Source of the DNA: Piedraia hortae CBS 480.64
Taxonomy: Eukaryota
Assembly (NCBI GenBank): GCA_010093745.1
Contig: MU006030.1
Coordinates: 1-57,020 of the forward strand
Direction of reading: 5' to 3'
DNA length: 57,020 bases
In this document: positions 45,300 to 57,020 of the stretch, in pieces
Numbering within the stretch: the first letter of the stretch is position 1
Layout: each line of letters opens with the position of its first letter
Made by a program: the position numbers and the translations under genes
Notes under the pieces: generated by a model
What the model was told of the DNA's origin: nothing
Database searches by the model: none
Seen by the model: only the letters and a program-made list of their open reading frames with translations

Positions 45300-45860
45300 T
45301 TACGCCCTCCTCATCATCCTCAACGAACTGGAGCAATTGCTGGGCTTGAACACGCCGAGATTGACGAGCCAGGCGCCGCTGTTGAACTCCGAGTAGACCG
45401 TGTTGATCAGGCGCTCTCCGCTGGACGAGTCAACCTGGGTCTCGAGGACAATGATGCCCGTGATCGGCTCGGGTTCCTGAGCAGAGCGCCAGCGGAGGAA
45501 GACCGTATCGCAGTTGTGCCAGAGGTTGAGTTGCTCAAAAGGAATTGGGGGCTGAGCGCCTTGGCCGGCTTTGAAGGACTCACGGGAGTCGAAGGTGGCC
45601 GCCCCGAGAGCCTGAGGACCCGTGCAGCCAGAGTCGATCAGCGTGGTAACCGAATCGGAGTAGTCGGAGAAGCCCTCGGTCAGGGCAGCATCGGCAAGGT
45701 CATCCGAGTAGTTGTCAATGAGCGTCTTGAAGTTTGTCGCGACCTTCTGGGCATCATAGTTGGTCATGCAGGACGCCGAAAAGTTGAAGCGGCGGAACAT
45801 TGGCTCGGGAAGGGCCGAAGCAAGCGCCAAGCAGGCGGCGAAAGAAAGCGTGAAGCGCAT
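45300..45860 (-). CDS. Secreted small protein, probably of the fungal NTF2-like fold family
   Basis: Signal peptide MRFTLSFAACLALASA; FSDYSDS, WHNCDTVFLRW, YSEFNSGAWL motifs; strong codon bias. Confidence 0.75.
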   Translation of the reverse strand: MRFTLSFAACLALASALPEPMFRRFNFSASCMTNYDAQKVATNFKTLIDNYSDDLADAALTEGFSDYSDSVTTLIDSGCTGPQALGAATFDSRESFKAGQGAQPPIPFEQLNLWHNCDTVFLRWRSAQEPEPITGIIVLETQVDSSSGERLINTVYSEFNSGAWLVNLGVFKPSNCSSSLRMMRRA

Positions 45861-45941
45861 TATGGATTAAAATTTGTAAAGAAGAAGATGCAGTATGCCG
45901 AGGATGTAGATTGAGGAGTGTTGTGTGCGCGAGGTGTTTGA

Positions 45942-45968
45942 GTGTGTGGGTGTGTGTATGTGTGTGTG
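45942..45968. repeat. Imperfect (GT)n microsatellite upstream of the secreted-protein gene
   Basis: gtgtgtgggtgtgtgtatgtgtgtgtg. Confidence 0.7.
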
Positions 45969-48619
45969 GAATGTGAGAGGAATGCAAAAAAAGGAAGAGA
46001 GAAAAGCTTTTGTACCTGCTGGATGTCACCGAGTGGCGGGGCTTCAAACAGCGGCTGATGGCGGGTGGCTGGTGGCTGTTGATCTGTCGCCGTTAATTCC
46101 TCCATTGTGGCTGGATCGCCGTCGTCCCTGTTCTTCCCGTCCAACGGGCCGTTCAATCTACTGTTTTGAACCCTCAAAGATGAGCTGAGTCGAGGCTCTT
46201 CCCCGCGTGTCATCATCGTGCTCAATGCTCAAGTCATTGGTCCATGTCGTTGACGTTCGTTGACACGTGGGTGGGGCGCATGTCACCCCCAGCCACTGGG
46301 TGTTCGAACCCTAAAGGTTAAGCGAAACCCTAAATTGGCCCGGCAGTCCCCTGTCTCGTTGGCAACGAATACCACCGATACCCGGTGAACGGCTTTTATT
46401 TCCGCCGCCATGGTTGACTGAGCGATGGAAAACGTATCGCAAACCTGCCCAGCTTCAGCGCCCTCACAGCCACTCACCATCTCCCTGCTGGTGACGACCA
46501 ACAGTTACGGGAAGTCACCAGATACCCAGCCATACGTGTTTCAGCGCAAATAGACCAGCCACGCGAGGTCTCTCGGCTCCAGAATAGGGCTCCGAAACCG
46601 GCAGTTTAGCTGCGCCCCGTCGGAGAATTTGCCCGAAGCTTTCGCCGTTGCCACGGAATCGGCAGTGTCGCGTAGCCAACGCCGACTTGACCGGTTGACG
46701 CCTCTACTCGGCTATCGACTAAGAAGCGGCACTTGAGAGCCGAGAAATGCCACAACGGTTTTATTTTAAGCTTGGAATATCACGAACTTCCTGGGCGATT
46801 CCGTGTTTGTCAGCTAACTGAATAAGACATGTCTAAGGGCTTCATGTTTGGCTAACCTCCAGATACCTAGTCTATGTGGTGTCAAAACCCGTGAAACGAG
46901 ACTGGAGATTAGCACATCTCAGTTGCGCAATTGCACTGCGTGCCTTCTGGCGCGCAAAGCTTACCATTGCGATATGAGACCAATGCTAAAGTGGGTTACA
47001 AGAGCATGTTTAGCACCGTATTCGCTTCTTTCACCCTGTCGGTCTCATATAACTTTCAACGACAAGGGTGCTTCTGGGCTCTGGCTTCGGAAATTTCTGT
47101 AACATTTGGAATTCAGACGCAATAATAGCACCAAATCCAACGAAACCAGCTCGTGCGGGACAGCGTCCTACGCAAGTTCCAGTAGCAGCTGGAAGATATT
47201 GCTACGTTTCCCGACACAGCAGACAAATTGCCTAAATGTATCATGTACCACCCTAATTCGTGCGGGAGACAGACTTCCATGCCAATCATATTCCATTTGT
47301 ACACGTAGATCCTCATGCAGACAATGCCGCAATGATGCTCAGGAATCCGTTGTCATCATCGCCCAACCAATTCCCAGGACAAGAAGCCATTCAAACTTAC
47401 TGCTTTCGCCGCGGCCACATCCGAACCCTTCAAGGACAAATGACAACTCTCGGCAGTTGTGTGCATCTGTTTTCTTGTTTGTGGAATAAACATCCTCTTT
47501 TCACAGATTTGCATGCCTCACTTCCCTTCTCCGTGCTCAGTAACACCTTCAAGTTGTCCTCGCGAACCCCGTCTGCATATTCGTGCGGTAATGAGTGCGG
47601 CTCCGTATCTGCAAAAGGCGGATCTCACTTCATCTTCATGATATGGGAACGAACATTATAGGACTGAGCTATTTCAAACCAGAATGACCAGAGTCAAACA
47701 AGTTAATGACAACAACATCATGATCAAGGACCCAAACGAAGGACCGATGAATAGCGACCAGGAACTGAGTAGATGTAATGGATGCCACTTGAGTGGAACA
47801 CGAACGGCTCAAATGACCATGCTCATGTCAGGCGATGCACAACGAAAAGACTATACACCGACCAGAGGTCCTGAGCTTTACGCGGGGCAATGGACCGAGG
47901 AAAACGCATGGTGCAGATCCCAGGGAACAGGAAGCAACGCAATGGATATGAAGATCAGAGAATTGGAAGGTGAGAGCCAATACGAGAACATCTTGGCAGT
48001 TAAACTTGCGTAGCGAGATTGAATTGAAGTGACACTGCCATCATCCCATGATTTTCCTTTTCACATTTCTTTCTTCAGTCTTTGCTGTACGGTATGTTCG
48101 TTATCAGGCTGAGGTGTGGCACCGATAACTTTTAACAACACTTCTATGAGGAGAGGTAAGAGGATGCTATTTCCGCATGGCCTCATATCGCAGTTGTGTT
48201 ACCGGGCGTGAATATTCTTTTCTAAGTGATTGGTTTGTTAGAAATTGATTAGGTATAGTAACAGGGCGCATTCGCCGAGTCTGTGCGGCGGAACTTCAAG
48301 GGAAACCTCAATGAAGATGGGAAATTGATGAAGGGAGGCGTTCTGTGTATGGGAAAGCTGCATTTCCTCCTGCCTGAAAGTTGAACGGCACGAACAAGTA
48401 AGCCGGCGAACAGATACTCACGAATTTTGAAGCGCGTTTGAATGTGTAGCGGAGACTCAGAGCCCGACGCTCCAATTGGTTTGCCTCGTGTCAGAGAGAT
48501 AAACCCCTGATGGCTAATGAGGAAGCGTAGACTGAGGACAAGTGTGTGGAATTGAGTCTAATGAAAAAGTGGATGTAGATGCTTTTGACTCTATGAAGTG
48601 AGATCGCTTGAAAAACCTT

Positions 48620-50760
48620 GACCTCTATAGAAGCTCGCAGAGACGACCTGGCTGTATACTGCATGAGAGGGTTTACCGTGCCGCACCTCGAAACGAATGT
48701 CATTTTCAATGGAAACGTTATGCACTGGCCTTACTGTTCCCTGTAGGACGGCATGCGACTGCAGCGAGTTTTGACTCATCGATCTGCGTCCCGTTGAGAA
48801 TAAATTGAGGACCAGGGACTGGGATGCTCCCGCAGATTCGTCTGAATTCATCCAGATCGGACAAGTTGACTTTTTCAATGACTTTCTTAGTTCCCGGCAT
48901 GAAGACGTCCGTCAATGTGACGATCCACAATTGTACCTGGTATGGGGTTTTTAGACTTGCGGTAGGAATATTTTGAAGTCGTGGCATAGAACCGTGTTTG
49001 GTGGTTTCTGTTGACGATGAAAACAGTGGTCTTGGGCCAACTGTCTTTATTTCCATAAGTCACAGATTTTAGTGGGTAAGCTCTTAATAAACGCTTTCTA
49101 AGCACAGAACCTCTTGCCGCACGGCAAATCCGCACTGGCCCTTTGGTGATGCCGCTGCGGTACACCAAAATTTCGCTGGCAAGTGGCTGTGGTGATTATC
49201 CTGTCACAAGCGCATCCAGTGGACTATCATTGTGTCCAGGTTTTGCACCATCATGTCAGGCCCCTCTTGCACATCAATCCCCATGAATATCGTGTTGTCC
49301 TCCAATGGGTCTGAAACAAGAGATTGATGCCATCACCTTTGACATTGAATTTCATGGCAAGGTTGGTCGTGTACGATCCTCATTCCCTCGCTTTATTTAG
49401 CTACGGAGATAAGGAGCAGACCGCATGCCAGTATTCGAGGTCTGCAAGCGTGTTTATGCACCCGTTCAGCCATGTGGGCATCTTTTGGAGTATTATGAGT
49501 AGCAGCCCTACGCCGACGTCCCTTGCATGTTCAAAGACAAGGCTTTTAGTCTTCTCACTTGATCCTTCACCCCAGAGGTCTATGGGCGGAAGCGCCACAA
49601 ATTTAGTCGGCAGCTGCTGGCGCCATGATATGCCGTGCTGACGCAGGCCCTCAGTCAACTTTGAAATAAGGATGTGTTCCTCTAGCTCGCTGTGCAATGT
49701 CTCCCAATCCCTCACGCCGCGTAGTCATCTTTGAGGACCATCAAGTTTACCACTTTCTGGAAAATTTGTCTCTAGCATGTCCAGCTTGCATTACGCGGCG
49801 TGATTGTTGCCCCTGGTAAAACATTCGTGGGCATTGGGGTATACGGCCGAGGTGGTATGGGCTAGCCCTTTCATCCCATGGTTGTTTCATGGGTGTGGTT
49901 CACCAGGCGCGTGCGAACCGTGTACTCGCGCGCTTTCTGTGCAGGAGCTCATGGGTATATAGCAGGCCCTCTGGCCCTTTACAGCTTCCATAAGAGACAA
50001 TATCTTGCTCAAACTGGGTCCGTGCACACCCCCAGTGCTTTTCTTCACACGAGGATCGTAAAATTCAAAAATATGTGCCGAAGCCTCATTCCAGCAATGA
50101 TATATGGCTGAGGCCTGGGAAGCGCATTGGAAAATCATGCACCCTCACAGTCACGGTGACATCTAGTAGTAGGAGCCCTACGCCTACCCTTGGACTTGTA
50201 TGCTACCATGGCAGAGCTTGCAGATTCTTTCGAAACCCGATAGCCTCGCAGCCGTGCAGTATAAGGCCGGCAGCCCAACGAATCGGTGCTCCATCTCTCG
50301 AGATTCTTCCATATCGTTCTCGTATGCCGAGTGTGAAAATCGGTTATTATATGACAATGACGGGAAAAGTAGAGAATATGGAAATGGGAGGTGACACAAA
50401 GGACAATGTTGTTATCGCTACCTGCTACCAAGACCCTAGAGGAGGTAAGGTTACTGGCCACCCCAGCCCTATTGGGACTGGCTCCCGACTAACATCAACA
50501 AAAAAAGAGCAACAGCATGACTAGATGACCATCTATGGCTCCGGCGAAAATGGTAGAGATTCGTCAGGAGCTAGGCAAGATGATGCGCCGGCATTGTGTT
50601 CAGTATTGACAGCACGGTCATGGATGACTGCAACGAAGAACATGCCCACATCTTGGTGCGTGGAAGGTAAGAGTAGTGCGATGGTGTCGATGCAGGAGGG
50701 AATTGAGGGATTATATGCGTGCCAAAACTGCCCCACCTTCCCTCCCGCGCCTGACTTCAC
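48620..50760 (-). pseudogene. Argonaute pseudogene (PAZ-MID-PIWI remnants)
   Basis: Collinear fragments: CYIPMSSC (PAZ end); TPRNASW; LLLIILQ...LADLEYWHAVC (MID); NLAMKFNVKGDGIN (49364-49323); TIFMGIDV; LVYRSGITKG; NHQTRFY...NPIPGTIVDR; LQSHAVLQGTVRP (48762-48726). Multiple stops, frameshifts and a deletion. Confidence 0.85.
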
Positions 50761-51801
50761 TCATCATGATGTATACACTTTGTCATCGTGGAAAATCTTT
50801 CGAGTATGAACCAGGGAGGATGTGGCGCTCTATTAAATCCAATGGTTGTACGGCTAGGATGGGAAGTTCGTTAACCACGCAGTAAAGAAGTAGCATCGCG
50901 ACAGTCGGCGCTGGATAGATTACTTCAATCGAAAGCAGTTGTTTGTCCGCATGTGTGCACCCCCTTATGCAATGACCTGATCACCGTTCGGACATGCTTG
51001 GATACCTTGTTTGGGGTACTGTTTGGGTTTGTGTCGGTGTTTCGCGTCAATCATCATGCCTTGGACAAAGGCATCCTTTCGTATGGAGAGAGTTTTCCCA
51101 TTTGGGGATACGTCAGTTCAGATTATCATCATCTCATCCAATTCGTCGCTCCAGCATCATCCCTTGAGCCTGCATTGTTGCCATTCCCCTCATCTATCCC
51201 GACCACAGTGTGCAATACGTTATATTAATACTTCCATTGAATCCTGGTGCCTATAGGAGATCGGGGGATTACTGAGATGAGCAAGAAAAATCTGACGCAG
51301 ATAAGTCGTCCACGCACAATTGGAAGATGACATTGATATCCAGTAGTTTTCAACCTAGTCACGAATTGCCTATTGTCTCACGAGCACTTGCCAATTCAGC
51401 AACCTAGAAATGTTCCTGACGTTTCAATTCTCTCCTGGATGAGCTACTTTTCCAATCCAACTCGATCAGATGCGTGCGGTTCGTAAAGTCCTCTTAACTG
51501 AAGCGTTCGGCGACTTGAAAGTCGGCTTCTCACCACATCCGCTCGCTTCGTGGCTTCGAAATTGCAGACCGAGACGAGTCAACCCATTTCTGGCACTCAC
51601 ATTACATTACGGCAACAGCTTGCTGAGATAAACTGAAAAGTAGAATCGCCCAAGAACGAGCTCGAAACAAGACGTGAATTCGCGACCAAGAACAGTCGCA
51701 TATATTTTGAGACTCTTACCGGACTCTAACAGGCTGATGCCTGCATCCAAGCCGACCAAGAGGAGCGGGTCAATACGGCCCAGACCGAAGAATAACTCCA
51801 G

Positions 51802-52059
51802 ATGGAAGCCGAGAAGGCCTATAAGGACATGATCTTCCAAGCCCAATCTCTGCAGTTCCAGACCTATACTTTGCGGATCCAGTGGGAGGCTAGGCAGAAG
51901 GCCATTCTTGAGGCCTATCCCACGATGAAACAGCACCGCGACGGAACGACAAAGTTGAGGCAATCGGAAGAAGCTATGGAACTGATGAAAGATTCGTTGA
52001 TCAGCAAAGACAACAATCTCAATTTGTTCGAGAGTGAGCTGACTACCAGCAAACACTGA
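51802..52059 (+). pseudogene. Fragment of a lineage-specific coiled-coil gene (copy 1)
   Basis: Aligns without gaps by eye to the translation of about 53110-53365. Confidence 0.55.
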
Positions 52060-52856
52060 ACACGCTGCCAGACATAGAGGCTCGTACTACTGCCCAGCAA
52101 CAAGCAGAGTTTATTTGCAACCTTAGTTGTTATGTAGCCTTTTATCCCTCCCTCCCATTCACGTCTAACCTATCGGGATAATGCTCAGCAAGCAGCAAGT
52201 CGTAGAAGGTGCAGCACAGATGCGCAGAGACGAAAGAGCTCTTCAGGCAGGAAAAGGAGCACCGGGTGCACCGGGAAGGCGGGCAAGGCATTGAGAAGGG
52301 ATAGAGCAAAAAACTTATTGATTCCTTCAGCTACTTCATTAGCTGCGTGCTGCTTCCACAGGTCCTGGTGGCGGGAACAGCGGACAGTGCTGGCAGAGCC
52401 TGGGGCACATGTTGTGGGAGGAATACACTCATGGAGATGGGACTAAGGGTAAGTACCTATCTCATTACACGAAGTTGACCTCCAGCTTTTCACAACCCAG
52501 TACAATACCTCGGATAAGCAATTGAAAAGAAGCCTCCCTCCGTCCAGAAACTCCTCTTCTTCAATGTACAGCGAACTGTACAAGGCTACTGAGAGATGCG
52601 AATTGTCCTAGCTAACCTGTGCGTGACCCACGATCAAGGATAGGATCGGAAAGCATTTGAGAGTTCCTTTGCAGGCGTAATAATTGCACTATGGACGCGG
52701 GAGCGAGCAGAACTAATATGGGACCATCATTGGCCAAATACCTCGCGCTTATATAGTTGCAAAACTGGTCGGCTGCATCGCTGCACAAATATGCGGGGGC
52801 AACGCGTGGACGCGCCCAATTTCTTCTTTTCCAGCCTCAACACATCCACTCTTACA

Positions 52857-53531
52857 ATGGCTTCTTCTATAGAAACCGACATCACTCCATGTCGGAAAGG
52901 GTCACTACGCTGGAACTACAGTTTGTGAACCAAACGCTCGAAGTGGAAATCTTGAAGCAGGAGCTGGCCCAGAAAAATGAGCTTTTGGCAAAAATGGGAA
53001 AGATGTACTACGAGACTTCTCTTAAGCTTCCGGAAGCAAACAGACACATTCAGGCTGAAGAAAAGAAATGGGCCGATGCGGATGCCCGTGTCCGCAGAGA
53101 AGCGCCAAAGCGAGGCAAAAAAGACCAGTAAGGGTTTGGAGTACCAGCTTCAAGGCCGGGAATACGAGCTTTGTACACTCCAGACGAAGTGGGGCGCCGG
53201 CTAAAGCACCATAGCAGAAGCCTATGCCACAGTCAATGAGGCCCGTCAGGCGAAGGCGAAGTTGGATGAAGCGGAAAAGGCTATGGAAGCAATGAGAGAA
53301 AAGTTGGCCACCAAGGACGAAGAGGCCAACCTGGTGAAGGGCCAGCTGGCTGCAGCTCAGCAAGAGATCACCGGGCTTAACAATCGCCCGATATATCGGG
53401 CTAATAAATTGCAGATCGAACTGGACGCCGGCATACAGCATGAGCAGGAGAGTCGCAAAGCCGTGGAATCCCAGCTCCAGGAAGTGCAAAAGACGCTGGG
53501 TGATATGAAGCTTGCTGCCGAAAATAATTAG
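52857..53531 (+). pseudogene. Disrupted lineage-specific coiled-coil gene (copy 2)
   Basis: TATA-like ttatatag near 52749 and ATG at 52857; heptad-rich frames 52757-53131, 52977-53204 and 53262-53531 are broken by frameshifts and TAA 53202-53204. Confidence 0.6.
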
Positions 53532-55261
53532 CTCGTATGCTATCGAGCCAGCTAGCTGAATACCACCAAGCAATTCCAGCAGAAGGTTGATAGAGGACGG
53601 GAGCCATTCAAGGGGTTTGTGCAATTGTCTTCCTAGTTTGTACATTGTACCATCCTCTTTCCATAGACTTCCCTTCCATGACAGGTTATCGTATTAATCT
53701 TCGCTGGTGAGCATCGAAGAGCTTATGCACAGGGGATTTGAAGTCCAAGCACCAAAGGAAAAATTCAGCTCAATCTTCTGGCCGCTAACCAGTTACGGCT
53801 GCAGATTAGCAGCTACGGTTGACGCGAGTCAGCTGTCAGGGGGCCACGCACGACGTGTTCGTGCGCCAGTGTCTTGGTATACCCCACGCTCTTAGCTTTG
53901 CCCTTGCGTACGAAGCCAATTTTACCAAACGTAAATCAATCCAAGGGGCCTGGTCCTCCTCACTCATGCACTGGGCGATATGCTTGCATCACCGTCCCAC
54001 AGGGAGCAAGCCCGAGGTCCCGCCGGGAAGCCTTGAATATCCTGCGCCATCTCCCATTTCTTGGCACTAACCAGTCACGGCCTCAGATGGGCAGTCGCAG
54101 TTGACACAAGTCATGCCAGGCGCTTGCGAGTCATGTGTTCGTGCGCCAAGAATTTATTCGCACGTGTCTTGGCATACACCACGCACTTTGATTTGATATG
54201 CATGGAACAAAGTTTATGAACTCAGCCAGCGTGACTAATCCAGAATAACCCGCTCCCCCCCAACCCATGCCCTAAACCATTTGCCAGCATGATTGTCTTC
54301 AATGGCGAGACCTCTGCGCGTTCGCTACCATTGGTGCTCGTGCAATCTGCGGCAGAGGGACCGACTGCAATGAACGCAACAATGCGAGTACAGTTTGATG
54401 CACTCAACAGATGTGAAGAGCGAATGTCAGTCCAGAGTGGACGAAGGAGTCCGACTAAAACTCATCCAGACCTTTGAGCGGGACGCTACTAATGGCCGAA
54501 GGCCCTACTATGTGCTCATGAACTCCTGCACCAGATCACCTGGGAATCGTAGTGCGTGTCTGGTGAACCAGGCCCATGGAACAAGACATTAGCCCGTTAC
54601 GTCGATCGAGGAAAGGATCAAGTCTCCGATTTTGTTGGAGAACTATTAACGAAGTCTTTGCCGGATTCGCTCAGTGCAAAGTAGCACATCAAAGAATGCT
54701 TGTATTCGGAATTTCCTTTGGTCTTGATGTAACCAAAACACTCCACATTTAAACCTCTCCGTCCGCTCCTGCACTCACCATCACCTACCGATTGATCGGC
54801 GGCACCACGCAGTATTCGTGCATCAGCCCAGATATAAAACGGAAATTCTCGTCTTGATCCTGTTTGCGATCCGATACCTCGTCCGTGACAAGCACGAGAC
54901 GAATATAGGTACAAGTGGCGGTACCGCATTACGCATTGTCAGAGAAAGCTCATCTGTACCATGTCAGTCCAGGCCGACGATCAGATTGCCAGTACCATCC
55001 TCGCAGTTGGCTCCATGGAGAAGAAGACGGCGACACCGTGAACATGAAGTTCTGAAGCCTTTGAGTCATTGAGAAAATCTTGTCCTGGGCCTCGTTCACG
55101 GAAGCGCCGATGAGAGGCATGTTGCGTAGGCCAACTCGAAGCATTGAGTCTATCGTTCATGGATAGTCTGAACGGTCAACGAGCTGTGATACAATTTGTC
55201 AGGAGGGTGTTGGATCCTGTCGCATGATGTTCCAAGTGCATCGAACAGGTGGAAAGCAGGA

Positions 55262-55313
55262 TATCACGGCTAATGCCGACAGGCCCCGTTTAGTTCCAAC
55301 GCGTACCCTGACA
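55262..55313. mobile_element. 52 bp internally deleted solo-LTR-like insertion with CAGGA target-site duplication
   Basis: cagga|TATCACGGCTAATGCCGACAGG...TTCCAACGCGTACCCTGACA|cagga. Confidence 0.8.
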
Positions 55314-55355
55314 CAGGACCTGCATACCACCTGCACCGCAGCTCAAGGAGGAGCA

Positions 55356-55742
55356 TCATGACTCAACCGATGAGCAGACTTCGGGAGGCGATATCCACCA
55401 GGAAGGACAGAAAGTGTCGTAACATGATGGCCCGGTGGAATCTGAAGGCGGAACAAACGTCTTCCAGACAGTGTCGATGGCAGGGGCTTGTAGAACATCA
55501 TTATTACCGATAGCGACGAACTCTTGGCATGATTCATGCTTGGAAAACGCGCGAATGTCGTTAAAACAATGTATGGAAGCACCCGTGTCCAAGATAATAT
55601 CGTCCTTGAGGACTGTAGTCAGAGCTGCCTCAAGGGCGTAACTGGAAGCTGTGTGACTGGGACTCGGAGCCGTGACAAGGTCACGTCGCAAGGTTGCTGT
55701 TAAACCGTGGTGCATCTTCCCACTTCTGTATTCGGTCGGCAT
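55356..55742 (-). mobile_element. Ty1/Copia-like retrotransposon relic (aspartic protease region)
   Basis: IILDTGASIHCFND..F......VAIGN resembles the Copia protease D(S/T)GA-x-x-H motif; possible broken gag zinc knuckle at about 55830-55990. Confidence 0.6.
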
Positions 55743-55854
55743 GTTGTTTGACGGGCTATTCTTTTTGTCGTGTTTCCCATGACGCTTCGGCGCCTTTGAG
55801 GGATGTCTGACCCAACGAGTTTTTTCAGCACGTGGAGAGTTGAAAGTGCGTCCC

Positions 55855-55957
55855 TGTCACGGCTAATGCCGACAGGGTCCATGCTCTCTGTAGTAGAGGT
55901 AGCGCGCCTGGAGTTATCTCTTCGCGCGACAACATAATTCCAACGCGTACCCTAACA
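55855..55957. mobile_element. 103 bp solo-LTR-like insertion with GTCCC target-site duplication
   Basis: gtccc|TGTCACGGCTAATGCCGACAGG...TTCCAACGCGTACCCTAACA|gtccc; TG...CA termini. Confidence 0.85.
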
Positions 55958-57020
55958 GTCCCATACACTGTTCTGTGGTGCAACGCTTCTTCTGAGAGGC
56001 ATTCGTAAGCTTCTTCTTCACTGCGTCCACACACTTTAGACGCAAATATCCCCAGACATTCATCCTAGATCGCCATATGGTAACTTTTTTAATGCCACCT
56101 GATTCAATTTTTACATGATATGTTTTCAAACTGTTGAGTTTCTTCTTGCGGTGGATATGTAGCGTTGTATGCCTGGATGCAGCACTGCAGACACAGCGTT
56201 GAGGCAGCACAGGAGAACCGAAATTTCAAAAGCCATGGCCCCTGGCAGATTGGCCTTCCGGACCGGTCCCATTTTGGCAGGCGGGAGACTGGTTTGTGGT
56301 GCAGATTCCATGGCATGCACCATGGGGACGACAGCTCTCGCCCGCAACTGGGAATACTTCTATCATACGAGCTATAAAAGCTAACGCACTTGCCTCTGCC
56401 CTTCTGCACTTGCTAAGGTGTCTTGGTCCATCAACGCAGACCATTAACCGTCGAAGTGCTCGAACCTGCAAAAGTCTTCACTGGAGTTCATCCCTTCCAA
56501 GGTAATCCTTAAAAAGTGACGAATCCAACGACCTTTTCCATATGCTTCATCAAAGTAATCCCTCATATCATACCCTTCGTAAATCTCCCCTAGCCCGTGA
56601 ACAAGATGCTCCTAAAAACGATCACGTGTCGAGCATCAGATGAAAATCTCCCGCTATTAACAACATATCTCGTTGGGTCAAGGAGGTCACAATCGCCATC
56701 GCAGTCACTCTCGACAGACTGCATCTTAGCGCCTGAGTTATCCCACAGCCAGGTCGGCGGCTTACGAGTCATGATCGCAGGCACAGCCTCCACATCATTC
56801 CAATCAATGACCTTGTCAGTTTTGGTTTCATCCACGTCCATCATCTCAGTGACGATGATGTTCCATGGCTCCAGGTCCGAGTGGTGTTAAATACTTTGGG
56901 TGTTGGACAAAGCATCGTGATGAAGGGAAAAGTACCCATTGGATTATGCCCCAGATAGACCGCAGCACATTGCCGTCGTCAGAGAGGGGTCCACGTCGAT
57001 ATACTCGGCCGTAATCATCT

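Noticed and set aside
55262..55957. A single LTR retrotransposon bounded by the two short repeats
   Set aside because: Each repeat has its own distinct TSD, so they are independent insertions.

Overview
Eukaryotic window from a filamentous ascomycete (Pezizomycotina, probably a dothideomycete; inference). The genome is compact, with few introns, most of them 43-58 nt GT-AG. The gene-dense core (5.2-45.9 kb) holds a STE20/PAK kinase, an Anp1/Mnn9-family glycosyltransferase, MET10, PTPA/RRD1, a small heat-shock protein, an orphan gene, a P450, eEF2, COQ5, KAP123, a membrane-anchored GH5 glucanase, CDC28, a RAD4-like gene, a Pin2-like gene and a P450/FAD-monooxygenase/secreted NTF2-like trio. 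Both flanks are degraded: a CMC/EnSpm-like transposase relic and an inverted LTR-like repeat on the left; an Argonaute pseudogene, tandem coiled-coil pseudogenes, a Copia relic and two tiny solo-LTR-like insertions on the right. Most notable: (1) an intact eEF2 whose diphthamide histidine is replaced by Gln, with a shortened switch I and two perfect Gcn4/CpcA sites upstream, possibly a stress-inducible, toxin-insensitive eEF2 paralog; (2) an unannotated dual-guide box C/D snoRNA in the KAP123 intron; (3) a cryptic Argonaute relic; (4) repeated origin-like C-rich to G-rich skew switches inside genes; (5) a 10-bp-periodic heat-shock-element array. All homology calls come from motif recognition by eye, not database searches.
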